From: an uncultured Verrucomicrobiae bacterium
GTDB lineage: Bacteria; Verrucomicrobiota; Verrucomicrobiia; Opitutales; JABDGR01
Assembly (NCBI GenBank): GCA_963765205.1
Contig: CAVXVB010000009.1
Coordinates: 448,001-512,000, forward strand
Reading direction: 5' to 3'
DNA: 64,000 bases
The first letter of the stretch is position 1, and each line of letters starts with the position of its first letter. Positions 20,964-29,151 of the stretch are shown here, in pieces. The translations under genes and the position numbers were made by a program. A model generated the notes under the pieces. That model made no database searches, was not told the DNA's origin, and was given only the letters and a program-made list of their open reading frames with translations.

Positions 20964-22160
20964 TCACCGCAATTCCACGCTCCGCCCCTCGGCTGCGGAA
21001 AGATACGCGGCGTAAATGACGTTCACGCATTCCACTGCGAGATCTATACCCGAGCGCGGCTCCCGGCCTTCCCGGATCGCGCCCACAAAATCCGCGATTT
21101 CCTGCGCGAAGCCGCGAAACCAGTCCTCGTCGCAACTCGGCCGGTTCCAGCCAGCTTTGGTTTCGAGCTTTTCGGTGAAATACTCGCTTTCGAAAACCGC
21201 CGGGGTGGGGGCGTAGGTTTCGATGGCATCGTTGGCCGTCAAGTTGGCCTTGATGACCCCGTCGGTCATAAACGCGGTGACGCGGGTGTTCAAACCGCCC
21301 AGTCCCGCATCACTCACAATGACGCTGGCCCGCGTGCCGTCCTCGAACCGGATGACGAGGTTGGCCCAGTTTTCCACGTCCACCGGATTCGCGCTGATCC
21401 ACGCGTGCGCCCCCGCCTGGCGCGCCAGCGCGGATGCCTCGCTTTGCATCAGGTCGGCCGTGTCCGCCAGGACGGACACCGCGCGGATGCCCCGGCCCCG
21501 TCGCACCTGGCCCTCCCATTCTTTGAGATGCAGGCATGCGCCCACGGAATGCACCCCCATCCGCAGCAGCGCGCCGCCGCCGGTGTGCTTCCACTCGCGC
21601 GAAAACACCGAGTTGGAACCGGAATGGTTTTCCTCCGCGCGCAGTTCGAGGACCGACCCCTTGGCCGCCGCAATCAGCCGGCGCATTTTGTCAATCGGCG
21701 GGGCGTAAACCCAGTTTTCCGCGTAACAAAAGCGCACTCCCGCCCGTGCGACCGCGGCCCGCACCGCCTCGGCATTGCGCCACGCGCCCTCCCACATCCG
21801 GCGGCGCGGCACCATCCGCCCGATCGGTTCGGGGTTCCCCGGCTCGCCAAAATAACCCGTCAACGGCTTCTCCATGATAATGTGCTTGCCCGCCTCGGCG
21901 GCGCGAATCGCGAACTCGTGGTGCAGCGCGGGCGGCACGCACAGGTCAACGACCTCAATGTCCGGCCGCGCGAGCAACGCGGCAAAATCCTCCGTGACAA
22001 AGTCCACGCCGGCCTCCTGCGCGAGCGCCGCGGCGCTGGCTTGGGTCCGCGCGCAAACCCCGCGCACCTCGACCAGGCCCTTGGGCAGCTTGGCGTAATT
22101 AGCCAGATGCATCCGCGCCCCATAACGGGCGCCCACCAGGCCGATGCCAAGAGTGTTCAT
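20964..22160 (-). CDS. Gfo/Idh/MocA-family oxidoreductase
   Basis: IGLVGA Rossmann start, AGKHIIMEKPL, GGGALLRMGVH, DVEN. Confidence 0.9.
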   Translation of the reverse strand: MNTLGIGLVGARYGARMHLANYAKLPKGLVEVRGVCARTQASAAALAQEAGVDFVTEDFAALLARPDIEVVDLCVPPALHHEFAIRAAEAGKHIIMEKPLTGYFGEPGNPEPIGRMVPRRRMWEGAWRNAEAVRAAVARAGVRFCYAENWVYAPPIDKMRRLIAAAKGSVLELRAEENHSGSNSVFSREWKHTGGGALLRMGVHSVGACLHLKEWEGQVRRGRGIRAVSVLADTADLMQSEASALARQAGAHAWISANPVDVENWANLVIRFEDGTRASVIVSDAGLGGLNTRVTAFMTDGVIKANLTANDAIETYAPTPAVFESEYFTEKLETKAGWNRPSCDEDWFRGFAQEIADFVGAIREGREPRSGIDLAVECVNVIYAAYLSAAEGRSVELR

Positions 22161-22336
22161 GGATAAATTTCGAGTCTCGCGTGAAATCCCACCCACGCAC
22201 GTTTTCCCGGGAAAGGCAATCGTCGAGATGGAAGGGTGGGGTATTTCGCAATCGGGTTTGGATGCGGGAAAAGCGCAACTCGATTAGGTTTTGTTTTGCT
22301 CTGAGGAAAACACCCCAAAGTCTGCAATTTGCGAAT

Positions 22337-22465
22337 GAGACACAACCTGCTGGGCAAAAAATATTTCTGAGCCTCCACAGCAACATAATGGGCATCCCCC
22401 TACTTTGCATACGCCGCCTGGGCGCCTTTGATGTTGCGTTTGGGGACCCAGGGCATGAGGGCGCG
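22337..22465 (-). repeat. Displaced ilvC 3' tail, copy A (22400-22465), plus shared 63-bp downstream sequence
   Basis: 59/66 nt identical to 27179-27244, all 7 differences synonymous ([21 protein letters not shown]); 22337-22399 is about 80% identical to 26857-26919. Confidence 0.92.
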
Positions 22466-22629
22466 CCGAACACCTTTAAGCCCGTTGCGTCCAGTACGCT
22501 TAACCCCTCGCTCAACCCCTCGGCTGGACATCTCTAAAAAACAACTTCCCATCCGTTTACCTGCCACCCGGGCATAAAGGGTCGTCTACTTGGTGGCCGA
22601 TCGGACCAGGCCGTTGCAGACTTCACTCA

Positions 22630-23901
22630 TCATTCAAAAGCATCCACATACCAAGTGCCATTGATTCTCTTCCAACGCACCATGGTTTTGCCATCCGTCG
22701 GTTGCGAAAGCTTGTAGGTGGCCAGATCGCCGGTCGCGTCATATTCCGGCGTCTCTGTCTGGGCGGCGGACGTGGCATCAATCATCATTTTTATCGTGTT
22801 CGGGAAATCAGGGTTTTGCTGAAGCGTCTCCATCACTTGTTGGCCCGACATCGTCGGGGGCAATTGCAGGTAAGAATCAAAGGCCAAGGGATAGTCACCG
22901 GATTGAAGCAGGTTGACAAAATCATTCATCGCCGTGCCGATTTCGGAACGAGGGTCACTCGCCACCGCCTGCGTTGCGATGGCCGGAGTTTCCACGACTG
23001 CCTCCGACACCGGGGCGGGCGGGGCCACCGGCGCGACCACTTGCGCGGGACTCTTGGTTGGGACCGGGAGAACCGCAATGGCGGGCGCAGGAGGCGGACG
23101 CGGAACCTCAGAGACCGGCCGCTCGTTCACGTCCTGCCATTTAATGGCGAAGTTAAGGACGAGAAGAACAAGGACGACACTAGCGAGTGCAATTTTGGTC
23201 TTGGTGCTCATAAAAAACGCCAAAAATAAGGCCTGCAATGTTCCCCCAGCGAGGCTGGCGCCGCCGCCTGCGAGCGAGATGGCCGTAGCCTTTTTGGCCA
23301 GCCCAACGGGGGCGGCCTGAACCGAGTTCATTGTGAGGGCCGAGGCCAGCAGGGACGCGGACGTGGTGACCCCGCGGGAAACAAAATGGGCGCGCAGTTT
23401 TTCCAAGGCGCGCTCCACGCGCTTGTTGGCGGAATTTTCACTCAGGCCGAGGATGGCGCCGACTTCCTGATGGCTCAGGCCGTTGAAAAAACGCAGCAAA
23501 ACCGCCTGGCGGTCGCGTTCGCCGAGCCGCTCGACCGCTTCGTCGAGCAGCGGGCCGATTTCCGCCCAGTGGGCCGGCGGGGTGATCTGGTCATTTTGCA
23601 TGGTGACGGCCTCCTGTTCGCGCGCGCGGCGGCGGGCTTCGCCGCGAATCGCGTCAATGGCGCGATGCCGCGCATTGATGTGCAACCAGCAGACGGGGGT
23701 GATGTAATGGCGCAGCCGCCCGGCCTCGCGGGCGAACTTGGTGAAGACGGCCTGGGTGACATCCTCGGCCAAATGCGGATCCCGGCTGACGCGCAGGGCC
23801 ACGGAATAGACCAGATCAGTCTGCCGGCGGACGAGTTCGGCAAAGGCCGCCTCGTCGCCCTGCTCGACATACTGGCGCAATAACTCGCGGTCGGTGGTCA
23901 T
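22630..23901 (-). CDS. ECF sigma factor with C-terminal TM helix and extracytoplasmic extension
   Basis: DRELLRQY...DEAAFAELVRR, AEDVTQAVF, sigma4 region LRFF..SHQEVG..LGLSE; TM helix IALASVVLVLLVLNF. Confidence 0.88.
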   Translation of the reverse strand: MTTDRELLRQYVEQGDEAAFAELVRRQTDLVYSVALRVSRDPHLAEDVTQAVFTKFAREAGRLRHYITPVCWLHINARHRAIDAIRGEARRRAREQEAVTMQNDQITPPAHWAEIGPLLDEAVERLGERDRQAVLLRFFNGLSHQEVGAILGLSENSANKRVERALEKLRAHFVSRGVTTSASLLASALTMNSVQAAPVGLAKKATAISLAGGGASLAGGTLQALFLAFFMSTKTKIALASVVLVLLVLNFAIKWQDVNERPVSEVPRPPPAPAIAVLPVPTKSPAQVVAPVAPPAPVSEAVVETPAIATQAVASDPRSEIGTAMNDFVNLLQSGDYPLAFDSYLQLPPTMSGQQVMETLQQNPDFPNTIKMMIDATSAAQTETPEYDATGDLATYKLSQPTDGKTMVRWKRINGTWYVDAFE

Positions 23902-23918
23902 CGTTTGTCTTTACCCAT

Positions 23919-23946
23919 ATACGACACCCGCCGCAAAAACCTGACA
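23919..23946 (-). promoter_or_regulatory. Candidate autoregulatory ECF promoter
   Basis: Minus strand TGTCAG-N16-TCGTAT directly upstream of the ECF start. Confidence 0.3.
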
Positions 23947-24207
23947 AAAATCGTCAATTTACCCCCTCCCGGCCCCCGGTAACCTCAAAAAAGCGATTCC
24001 CTTTCAGTTGTCAAAATCATGATGAGTGCAAGCCAACAGAGTTTGCGAACTACCCCTGTCTGGCTTTCGTCAACTACAAAACTTAAAACCTGACCCCTTC
24101 CGGGTTCCCGAATGGCTGAAAAAACAAGTCTTGTTCTGGCAATGACGTTCGTCAAATACTTCGGCAGCATAAAGCATGGGCGCTGGCGAATGCGGCGAAA
24201 TAATAAC

Positions 24208-24810
24208 TCATTGAGAAATTGGAGGTAGTTCCGCGCGCATATCAGCGTCGTGCGCAATCAACTTGGCCTTTGCGGTCTCGAATACATCCCGCATAGCATC
24301 AATATATTCTGCGCTTTTATTTTCATTTCTAGCCATGGACAGTTGGCTCATTTCGTCGGATGAAAAATCTGCCTCGTCAGAAGTTAATTGATTATAGAAA
24401 TTTTTAATGTCACCCGGCAAAGCTTGTGCCGCAAATTCGTTCGTTTCTGCAAGGGCGACATCTGATTTAAGGTTTTTGAAATCTAAATCACGCAAGTCAC
24501 CCATCTGGCTAAGACGTAAAAACTCTTCTGCGTCTATGCGCCCCTGATCATGATCCGAAACTTTACTCGTTTCGGCAACCTGCTGAACGTTTTGATTGTG
24601 CCAAAAAATTAGGGCAATTACACCAAATAAAACGACAAGCCGAATCATCCAGGATAAAAAACTGGTTCTCTGACTTTCTATGGGTGGTGAATTCTCTTCT
24701 TTGCTTATGGGCTTGGGCGCGTGTTCTTCAAAAGATTCACCATGAAGTTCACGGTAGCTTTCCTGGTCGTCTCGGGAAAGGCGCAAAAACTCGTCGTGAG
24801 TAAGTTTCAT
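24208..24810 (-). CDS. Hypothetical single-TM protein (low GC)
   Basis: 200-aa ORF in AT-rich DNA with one hydrophobic helix (WMIRLVVLFGVIALIFW). Confidence 0.6.
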   Translation of the reverse strand: MKLTHDEFLRLSRDDQESYRELHGESFEEHAPKPISKEENSPPIESQRTSFLSWMIRLVVLFGVIALIFWHNQNVQQVAETSKVSDHDQGRIDAEEFLRLSQMGDLRDLDFKNLKSDVALAETNEFAAQALPGDIKNFYNQLTSDEADFSSDEMSQLSMARNENKSAEYIDAMRDVFETAKAKLIAHDADMRAELPPISQ

Positions 24811-25583
24811 CGCGATTAGAATGGGGTAACGTTAAGATAGCATAGCTCGCATGGCTGTAAAAACAAGCTTTGTTCACGCCAGCTTGGGAGCGCATTAAGG
24901 GTTAGGCTCGAAACTTTTCAAGAACTCAATTGTGTTTGAATATTTCCTTTTATGGTCTTCATTGTCTGTGGAATTTTCCATTTTTTCGAGTGCTTCCAAA
25001 TAGGGATTGCCTCCGACAACCGGCATTATTGATCCTGGCCCCATGAGATACGCTACAACATCCTCCCTTTCAAAAGTATGATTTTTCCGATTCTTGAATT
25101 CTGCGTTCCATCGCCTGTAGTAGAGATCGCTCAAGGGCTGATCAGTCTCAGCCATTCTTTTTAACGCTGAGGGGTGCAGCACAAAGCCTAACCAGTTAAA
25201 TTTTTCACCATATTCGCAAGCCTCGACGAGGGCTTTCCCAAGAAAAAGGCTGTTTGCCTTATCCCCATAAAAATCACCAAAAGTAACTGCCCCGCGTGAT
25301 GGGATTCCGGCGATGGTGAGTTCGTCGAAAAAAAATCTCGAAAATTGGGCTACGGTGCGAAATGAATTTTTAGAGTCGTCCGATGAATAAATAATGATGG
25401 TATCCGAGAACCAGGCAAACTCTGCATGTTGATTAAAATGTGACTCCCTCCGTGCAGTTTCCAAGTAAACGCAAGTGTCATGAAACACACTGATCAGGTT
25501 ACTTTTCCTTGTATAATCTCCGAATCCCAATCGGTCGAAATATGCGACCCATCGCTTCCCGCCCATCTTGGAATTATAATCTA

Positions 25584-26796
25584 GGGCACTTCTAACAACT
25601 TGGCTTGGGCCACACAAGGGTAATTTTGCGTGATTTTCTAGCGGCATCCGGGAGGGAAGCGCCCGGCATGAGTTGCCCGCGGTGGTTTGGCGGGATGATG
25701 AGTGGGTTTCTTGCTCTGAACCGGCAGCGGGGCGCGATTCGTCCGGCTCTAACCGGCACTTTGCAGCCAGGCGTAGCGGTCAAGGTTGTAAACCAGGTTG
25801 GCCAGGCCGATTTCAAAACGGGCGCGGGCCAAACCTTTGCGGCGGAACCAGTCTGCCCGCCAGTGGGCCAGCCGGGCGAAGACGTGCTCGACCCGGCTGC
25901 GGACGGCGCTTTGGCGGCGGTTGCGTTTTTCCTGCGCGCGGGTCAGCGGATGGCCGCGCCGCGCTTTTTCCAGGATGCGCCCGGCGAGCTTTTTGGTCGC
26001 GAGTTGTTTCGCGATGGGCCCGCCGCTGTAGGCGCTGTCGGCGTAAATGACGCGGTCGCCGGGCGCGGCCAGCTCGTCGAGTTTTTGGCTGTCGTGGGTG
26101 TTGGCGGGGGTCACCGTGTAGTCCGCCACGAGCTTGCTGCGCGCGTCGGCCTTGGCGTGGTTTTTGTAACCGTAGTGCGCCTGGCCGCCTTGCTCGGTCC
26201 AGCGGGCGTCGGCGTCCTGCTGCCGCGCGGCGGGGGGATGCTCCGGCTGGCGCGCGGCGCGCGGGCGCGGGGCCTCGACAAACGTGGCGTCCACGATCTT
26301 GCCCTGCTGGCCGATCAGCCCCCGCGCGGCCAGTTGCGCGTTGAACAACTCGAACAACGCCCGCACCCCGTCCGGGCCGAGGCGCTCCTTGAACACCCAG
26401 ATCGTCTTCTCGTCCGGCGCGGCGTCGCCCGCCCGCAGGCCCATGAACCGCTGGAAGCTGAACCGATCGAGGATTTGAAACTCGGTCTGCGCGTCGCTCA
26501 GCCCGTGGAACTTTTGCAGCACCAGCACCTGGAACATCAGCACCGGATCCCACGCCGGACGCCCGCCTTTGGCCCCGTCCTCATAGGCCAGGTGGCGCTC
26601 GAGTGGGGCGCGGAAGGCTTCCCAGTCCACCGCCGCCTTCAGCCGGTCCAGACTCGTGCCCCGCGCCGCCAACCCGGCGCAATGCTGGTGATAATCGAAC
26701 AAACCTCCTTGCGACTCGGATTTTCGGTAGTGCATGTCACGTTCTGTCACCTTGTCTTATCAATGTCAAGCGGCTTGGGGGTTAATAGAGGCGCCC
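25584..26796 (-). mobile_element. IS5-family insertion sequence (1213 bp)
   Basis: Imperfect terminal IRs GGGCACTTCTAACAAC / GGGCGCCTCTATTAAC (12/16); TCTA duplicated at 25580-83 and 26797-800; empty site restores a reading frame. Confidence 0.9.
25749..26735 (-). CDS. IS5-family DDE transposase
   Basis: GGRPAWD, LSDAQTE..ILDRFSF, PDEKTIW, IVDAT, YGYKNH, ADSAY, RSRVEHVF. Confidence 0.93.
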   Translation of the reverse strand: MHYRKSESQGGLFDYHQHCAGLAARGTSLDRLKAAVDWEAFRAPLERHLAYEDGAKGGRPAWDPVLMFQVLVLQKFHGLSDAQTEFQILDRFSFQRFMGLRAGDAAPDEKTIWVFKERLGPDGVRALFELFNAQLAARGLIGQQGKIVDATFVEAPRPRAARQPEHPPAARQQDADARWTEQGGQAHYGYKNHAKADARSKLVADYTVTPANTHDSQKLDELAAPGDRVIYADSAYSGGPIAKQLATKKLAGRILEKARRGHPLTRAQEKRNRRQSAVRSRVEHVFARLAHWRADWFRRKGLARARFEIGLANLVYNLDRYAWLQSAG

Positions 26797-26856
26797 TCTA
26801 GTTGTTCCATCGATGTTAGTCATCTTCGGAGTTTGTTTTGAACTGCAATGAACATA

Positions 26857-26958
26857 GATACCCAACCCCGCTGGTCAAAACAGATTTTTGAGCCTCCACT
26901 GCAATATAATGGCATCCCGCTATTTTTCATAGGCCCCCTGGGCGTTTTTGAGGTTGCG
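26857..26958 (-). repeat. Displaced ilvC 3' tail, copy B (26920-26958), plus shared downstream sequence
   Basis: RNLKNAQGAYEK* vs ilv[13 protein letters not shown]; 32/39 nt identical to copy A and contiguous with the 63-bp shared flank. Confidence 0.8.
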
Positions 26959-27123
26959 GCGGCTGGCTTCAATCAGGGTCACGGCGGCATCGAGCCAGTC
27001 CAGACGTTGCGCCGGGGACAAGCGTGCAAATTCCGTATGGCCGTCGTAGTCCTCGGGGCGGGAGCGCGCGATGGCCTCTCGCACCGCCGCGAGATCAATA
27101 TCTGCGAGGTGGTCGTTTTCCAT
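26920..27123 (-). CDS. Small 67-aa hypothetical protein whose C-terminus is the ilvC tail copy B
   Basis: ATG 27123 preceded by AGAAGG; MENDHLADIDL...LSPAQRLDWL...NAQGAYEK. Confidence 0.6.
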   Translation of the reverse strand: MENDHLADIDLAAVREAIARSRPEDYDGHTEFARLSPAQRLDWLDAAVTLIEASRRNLKNAQGAYEK

Positions 27124-27131
27124 GCTGCCTT

Positions 27132-27162
27132 CTACCTCCTGCCTCCCACCTGCCACCTCCTC
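27132..27162. repeat. Degenerate heptamer array just downstream of the ilvC stop
   Basis: ctacctc ctgcctc ccacctg ccacctc. Confidence 0.55.
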
Positions 27163-27178
27163 CATTCCGTCACCCCCC

Positions 27179-28210
27179 CTACTTCGCATAAGCGGCCTGG
27201 GCGCCTTTGATATTCCGTTTCGGCACCCAGGGCATGAGGGCGCGGAGGCGCTGGCCGGTTTTTTCGATGGGGTGCTTTTCTCCTTCCGCAAGGAGGCGTT
27301 TGTAATTTTTCAGGCCGCTTTTGTATTCGGCGACCCATTGTCTGGTGAATTGGCCGCTTTGGATTTCCTTGAGGATTTTCTTCATGGCCGCGCGCGAGGA
27401 TTTGTTGATGACGCGGGGGCCGCGGGTGATGTCGCCATATTTGGCGGTTTCGGAAATCGAGAATCTCATGCCGGAGATGCCGGATTCGACCATGAGGTCC
27501 ACGATGAGTTTCAATTCGTGGAGGCACTCGAAGTAGGCCATTTCGGGCTGGTACCCGGCGGCGACGAGGGTCTCGAAGCCGGCCCTGACGAGTTCGGTGG
27601 CGCCGCCGCAGAGCACGGCTTGCTCGCCGAAGAGGTCGGTTTCGCATTCTTCCTTGAAGGAGGTTTGCAGGACGCCGGCGCGGGTGGCGCCGATGCCTTT
27701 GGCCCAGGCGAGGGCGATTTTCTTGGCGTCCTTGGTGGCGTCGGTGTGGACGGCGATGAGCGCGGGGACGCCTTTGCCTTCGAGGTATTGGGCGCGGACG
27801 ATGTGGCCGGGGCCTTTGGGGGCGACCATGATGACGTTGACGCCGGCAGGGGGCTTGATGAGGCCGAAATGGATGCTGAGGCCGTGCGTGAAGAGGAGGG
27901 TCTTGCCGGGCGCGAGGCTGGGGGCGATGTCCGTCTCATAAACGCCGGGCTGGCGCATGTCGGGGACGCCGACCATGATGACGTCGGCGCGGCGCACGGC
28001 CTCGGCGGTGGGATAGACGGCGAAGCCTTTTTCTTCGGCGACTTTCCAGGACTGGCTGCCGGGATAGAGGCCGATGATGACTTGCGCGCCGCTGTCCTTG
28101 AGGTTGAGGGCGTGGGCGTGGCCTTGGGAACCGAAGCCGATGATGGCGAGGGTCTTGTTGTTCAACACGCCGAGGTCGGCGTCTTTGTCGGTGTAGACTT
28201 TGGCGGGCAT
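27179..28210 (-). CDS. ilvC: Ketol-acid reductoisomerase
   Basis: [53 protein letters not shown]. Confidence 0.97.
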   Translation of the reverse strand: MPAKVYTDKDADLGVLNNKTLAIIGFGSQGHAHALNLKDSGAQVIIGLYPGSQSWKVAEEKGFAVYPTAEAVRRADVIMVGVPDMRQPGVYETDIAPSLAPGKTLLFTHGLSIHFGLIKPPAGVNVIMVAPKGPGHIVRAQYLEGKGVPALIAVHTDATKDAKKIALAWAKGIGATRAGVLQTSFKEECETDLFGEQAVLCGGATELVRAGFETLVAAGYQPEMAYFECLHELKLIVDLMVESGISGMRFSISETAKYGDITRGPRVINKSSRAAMKKILKEIQSGQFTRQWVAEYKSGLKNYKRLLAEGEKHPIEKTGQRLRALMPWVPKRNIKGAQAAYAK

Positions 28211-28224
28211 AAGAATTACGGGTT

Positions 28225-28292
28225 AGTTTCGAGTTTTGAGTTTCGAGTTTCGGGCTTTAGTTTCTTGGCGTTCTTTGCGTCTTCGCGGTGCA
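28225..28292. repeat. Degenerate heptamer and nonamer arrays between ilvN and ilvC
   Basis: agtttcg agttttg agtttcg agtttcg; ttcttggcg ttctttgcg tcttcgcgg. Confidence 0.65.
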
Positions 28293-28296
28293 AGAT

Positions 28297-28776
28297 TCAC
28301 GCGCCCCTCGGGAGGGCGAGGTTGCCGGTGCGGGCGAGGTCCTTGATGCCGAAGGGGGTGATGATTTCGAGGAAGGCTTTGATTTTATTCTCGTTGCCGG
28401 TCAGTTCGAGGGTGATGGCCGCGGGGGTGACGTCCACGACCTTGGCGCGGAAGATGGCGGCGATTTCGATGATTTCCGAGCGGGTCTCGCGCGTGCAGTC
28501 GAGCTTGATCATGACGAGCTCGCGGGCGACGAAGGTCTGACCGCGGGAAAAGTCGGTGACTTCGAGGACGTTGACGAGTTTGTCGGCCTGCTTGACGGCC
28601 TGGTCGAGCGCGGTCTCGTCGGCCACGATGGTGACGGTGATGCGGGAGAGATCGGGGTTCTGGGTGGGGCCGACGTTGAGGGTCTCGATGTTGAAGCCGC
28701 GGCCGGAGAAGAGGCCGGCGACGCGGGCGAGGACGCCGAACTTGTTTTCAACGAGGATGGAGATGGTGTGGCGCAT
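28297..28776 (-). CDS. ilvN: Acetolactate synthase small (regulatory) subunit
   Basis: MRHTISILVENKFGVLARVAGLFSGRGFNIE ACT domain; RELVMIK; ARTG. Confidence 0.95.
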   Translation of the reverse strand: MRHTISILVENKFGVLARVAGLFSGRGFNIETLNVGPTQNPDLSRITVTIVADETALDQAVKQADKLVNVLEVTDFSRGQTFVARELVMIKLDCTRETRSEIIEIAAIFRAKVVDVTPAAITLELTGNENKIKAFLEIITPFGIKDLARTGNLALPRGA

Positions 28777-28797
28777 GGGGGCCGGGTCCGCACGGGG

Positions 28798-28871
28798 TGG
28801 ACGGCACAGGACTCGAACCTGTGACTTCCTGCGTGTAAAGCAGGCGCTCTAACCAACTGAGCTAGCCGTCC
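28798..28871 (-). tRNA. tRNA-Val(TAC)
   Basis: GGACGGC acceptor stem, TAGCTCAGTTGGTTAGAGC D-arm, CCTGC-TTTACAC-GCAGG anticodon arm, GGTTCGAGTCC T-arm; CCA not encoded. Confidence 0.96.
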
Positions 28872-29151
28872 GACACGGGGCGAAGGGGGCCATTGTTGCG
28901 AGTCGGCGCGCGGAGGCAAGCGGATAAGCGGGTCGGGGGGTGGTTTCGATGAGGCAGCAGGAGCGGCGCAAGTCCGCCCTACCCAACCCAGCGCAGTTCG
29001 CGAGGGCGGGCGTCTTGATGACCTCGGTCCGTGACGGTTGGCTAATTCTGTCGGCCCACATTTCCGGCCCCATTTTGTTTTGCCACGGGCACGGCTACCC
29101 CATGACAATGAAAGGCCGTCGGCTTTGGCCCGGCCAAGGCTCCAATGACGT

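Larger units (their letters stand above)
24895..26810 (-). pseudogene. Class III nucleotidyl-cyclase-like gene interrupted at codon 4 by an IS5-family element
   Basis: Removing the IS and one TCTA gives MEQLDYNSKMGGKRWVAYFDRLGF; motifs YFDRLGF, FSDTII, RGAVTFG, GKALVEA; in-frame ATG at 25566 could still be used. Confidence 0.7.

Noticed and set aside
23985..24257. 90-aa minus-strand ORF in the low-GC interval
   Set aside because: Overlaps the upstream gene and has no motif or clear RBS; cannot be supported.
24826..24894. TAACGTTA palindrome between low-GC genes as a possible integron attC
   Set aside because: No RYYYAAC/GTTRRRY pair in the gene orientation, no repeated attC and no integrase.
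27071..28540. 489-aa plus-strand ORF
   Set aside because: Antisense shadow of ilvC/ilvN, common in high-GC DNA; the same applies to 38469-39854, 25605-26801 and 1349-2536.
28798..28871. tRNA-Val as the attachment site of the nearby accessory region
   Set aside because: No duplicated tRNA 3' end was found; ilvN follows directly and the duplications map to ilvC.
28960..29062. GTAG-type REP pair upstream of the tRNA
   Set aside because: Only one weak GTAG-hairpin and a degenerate same-orientation copy; insufficient support.
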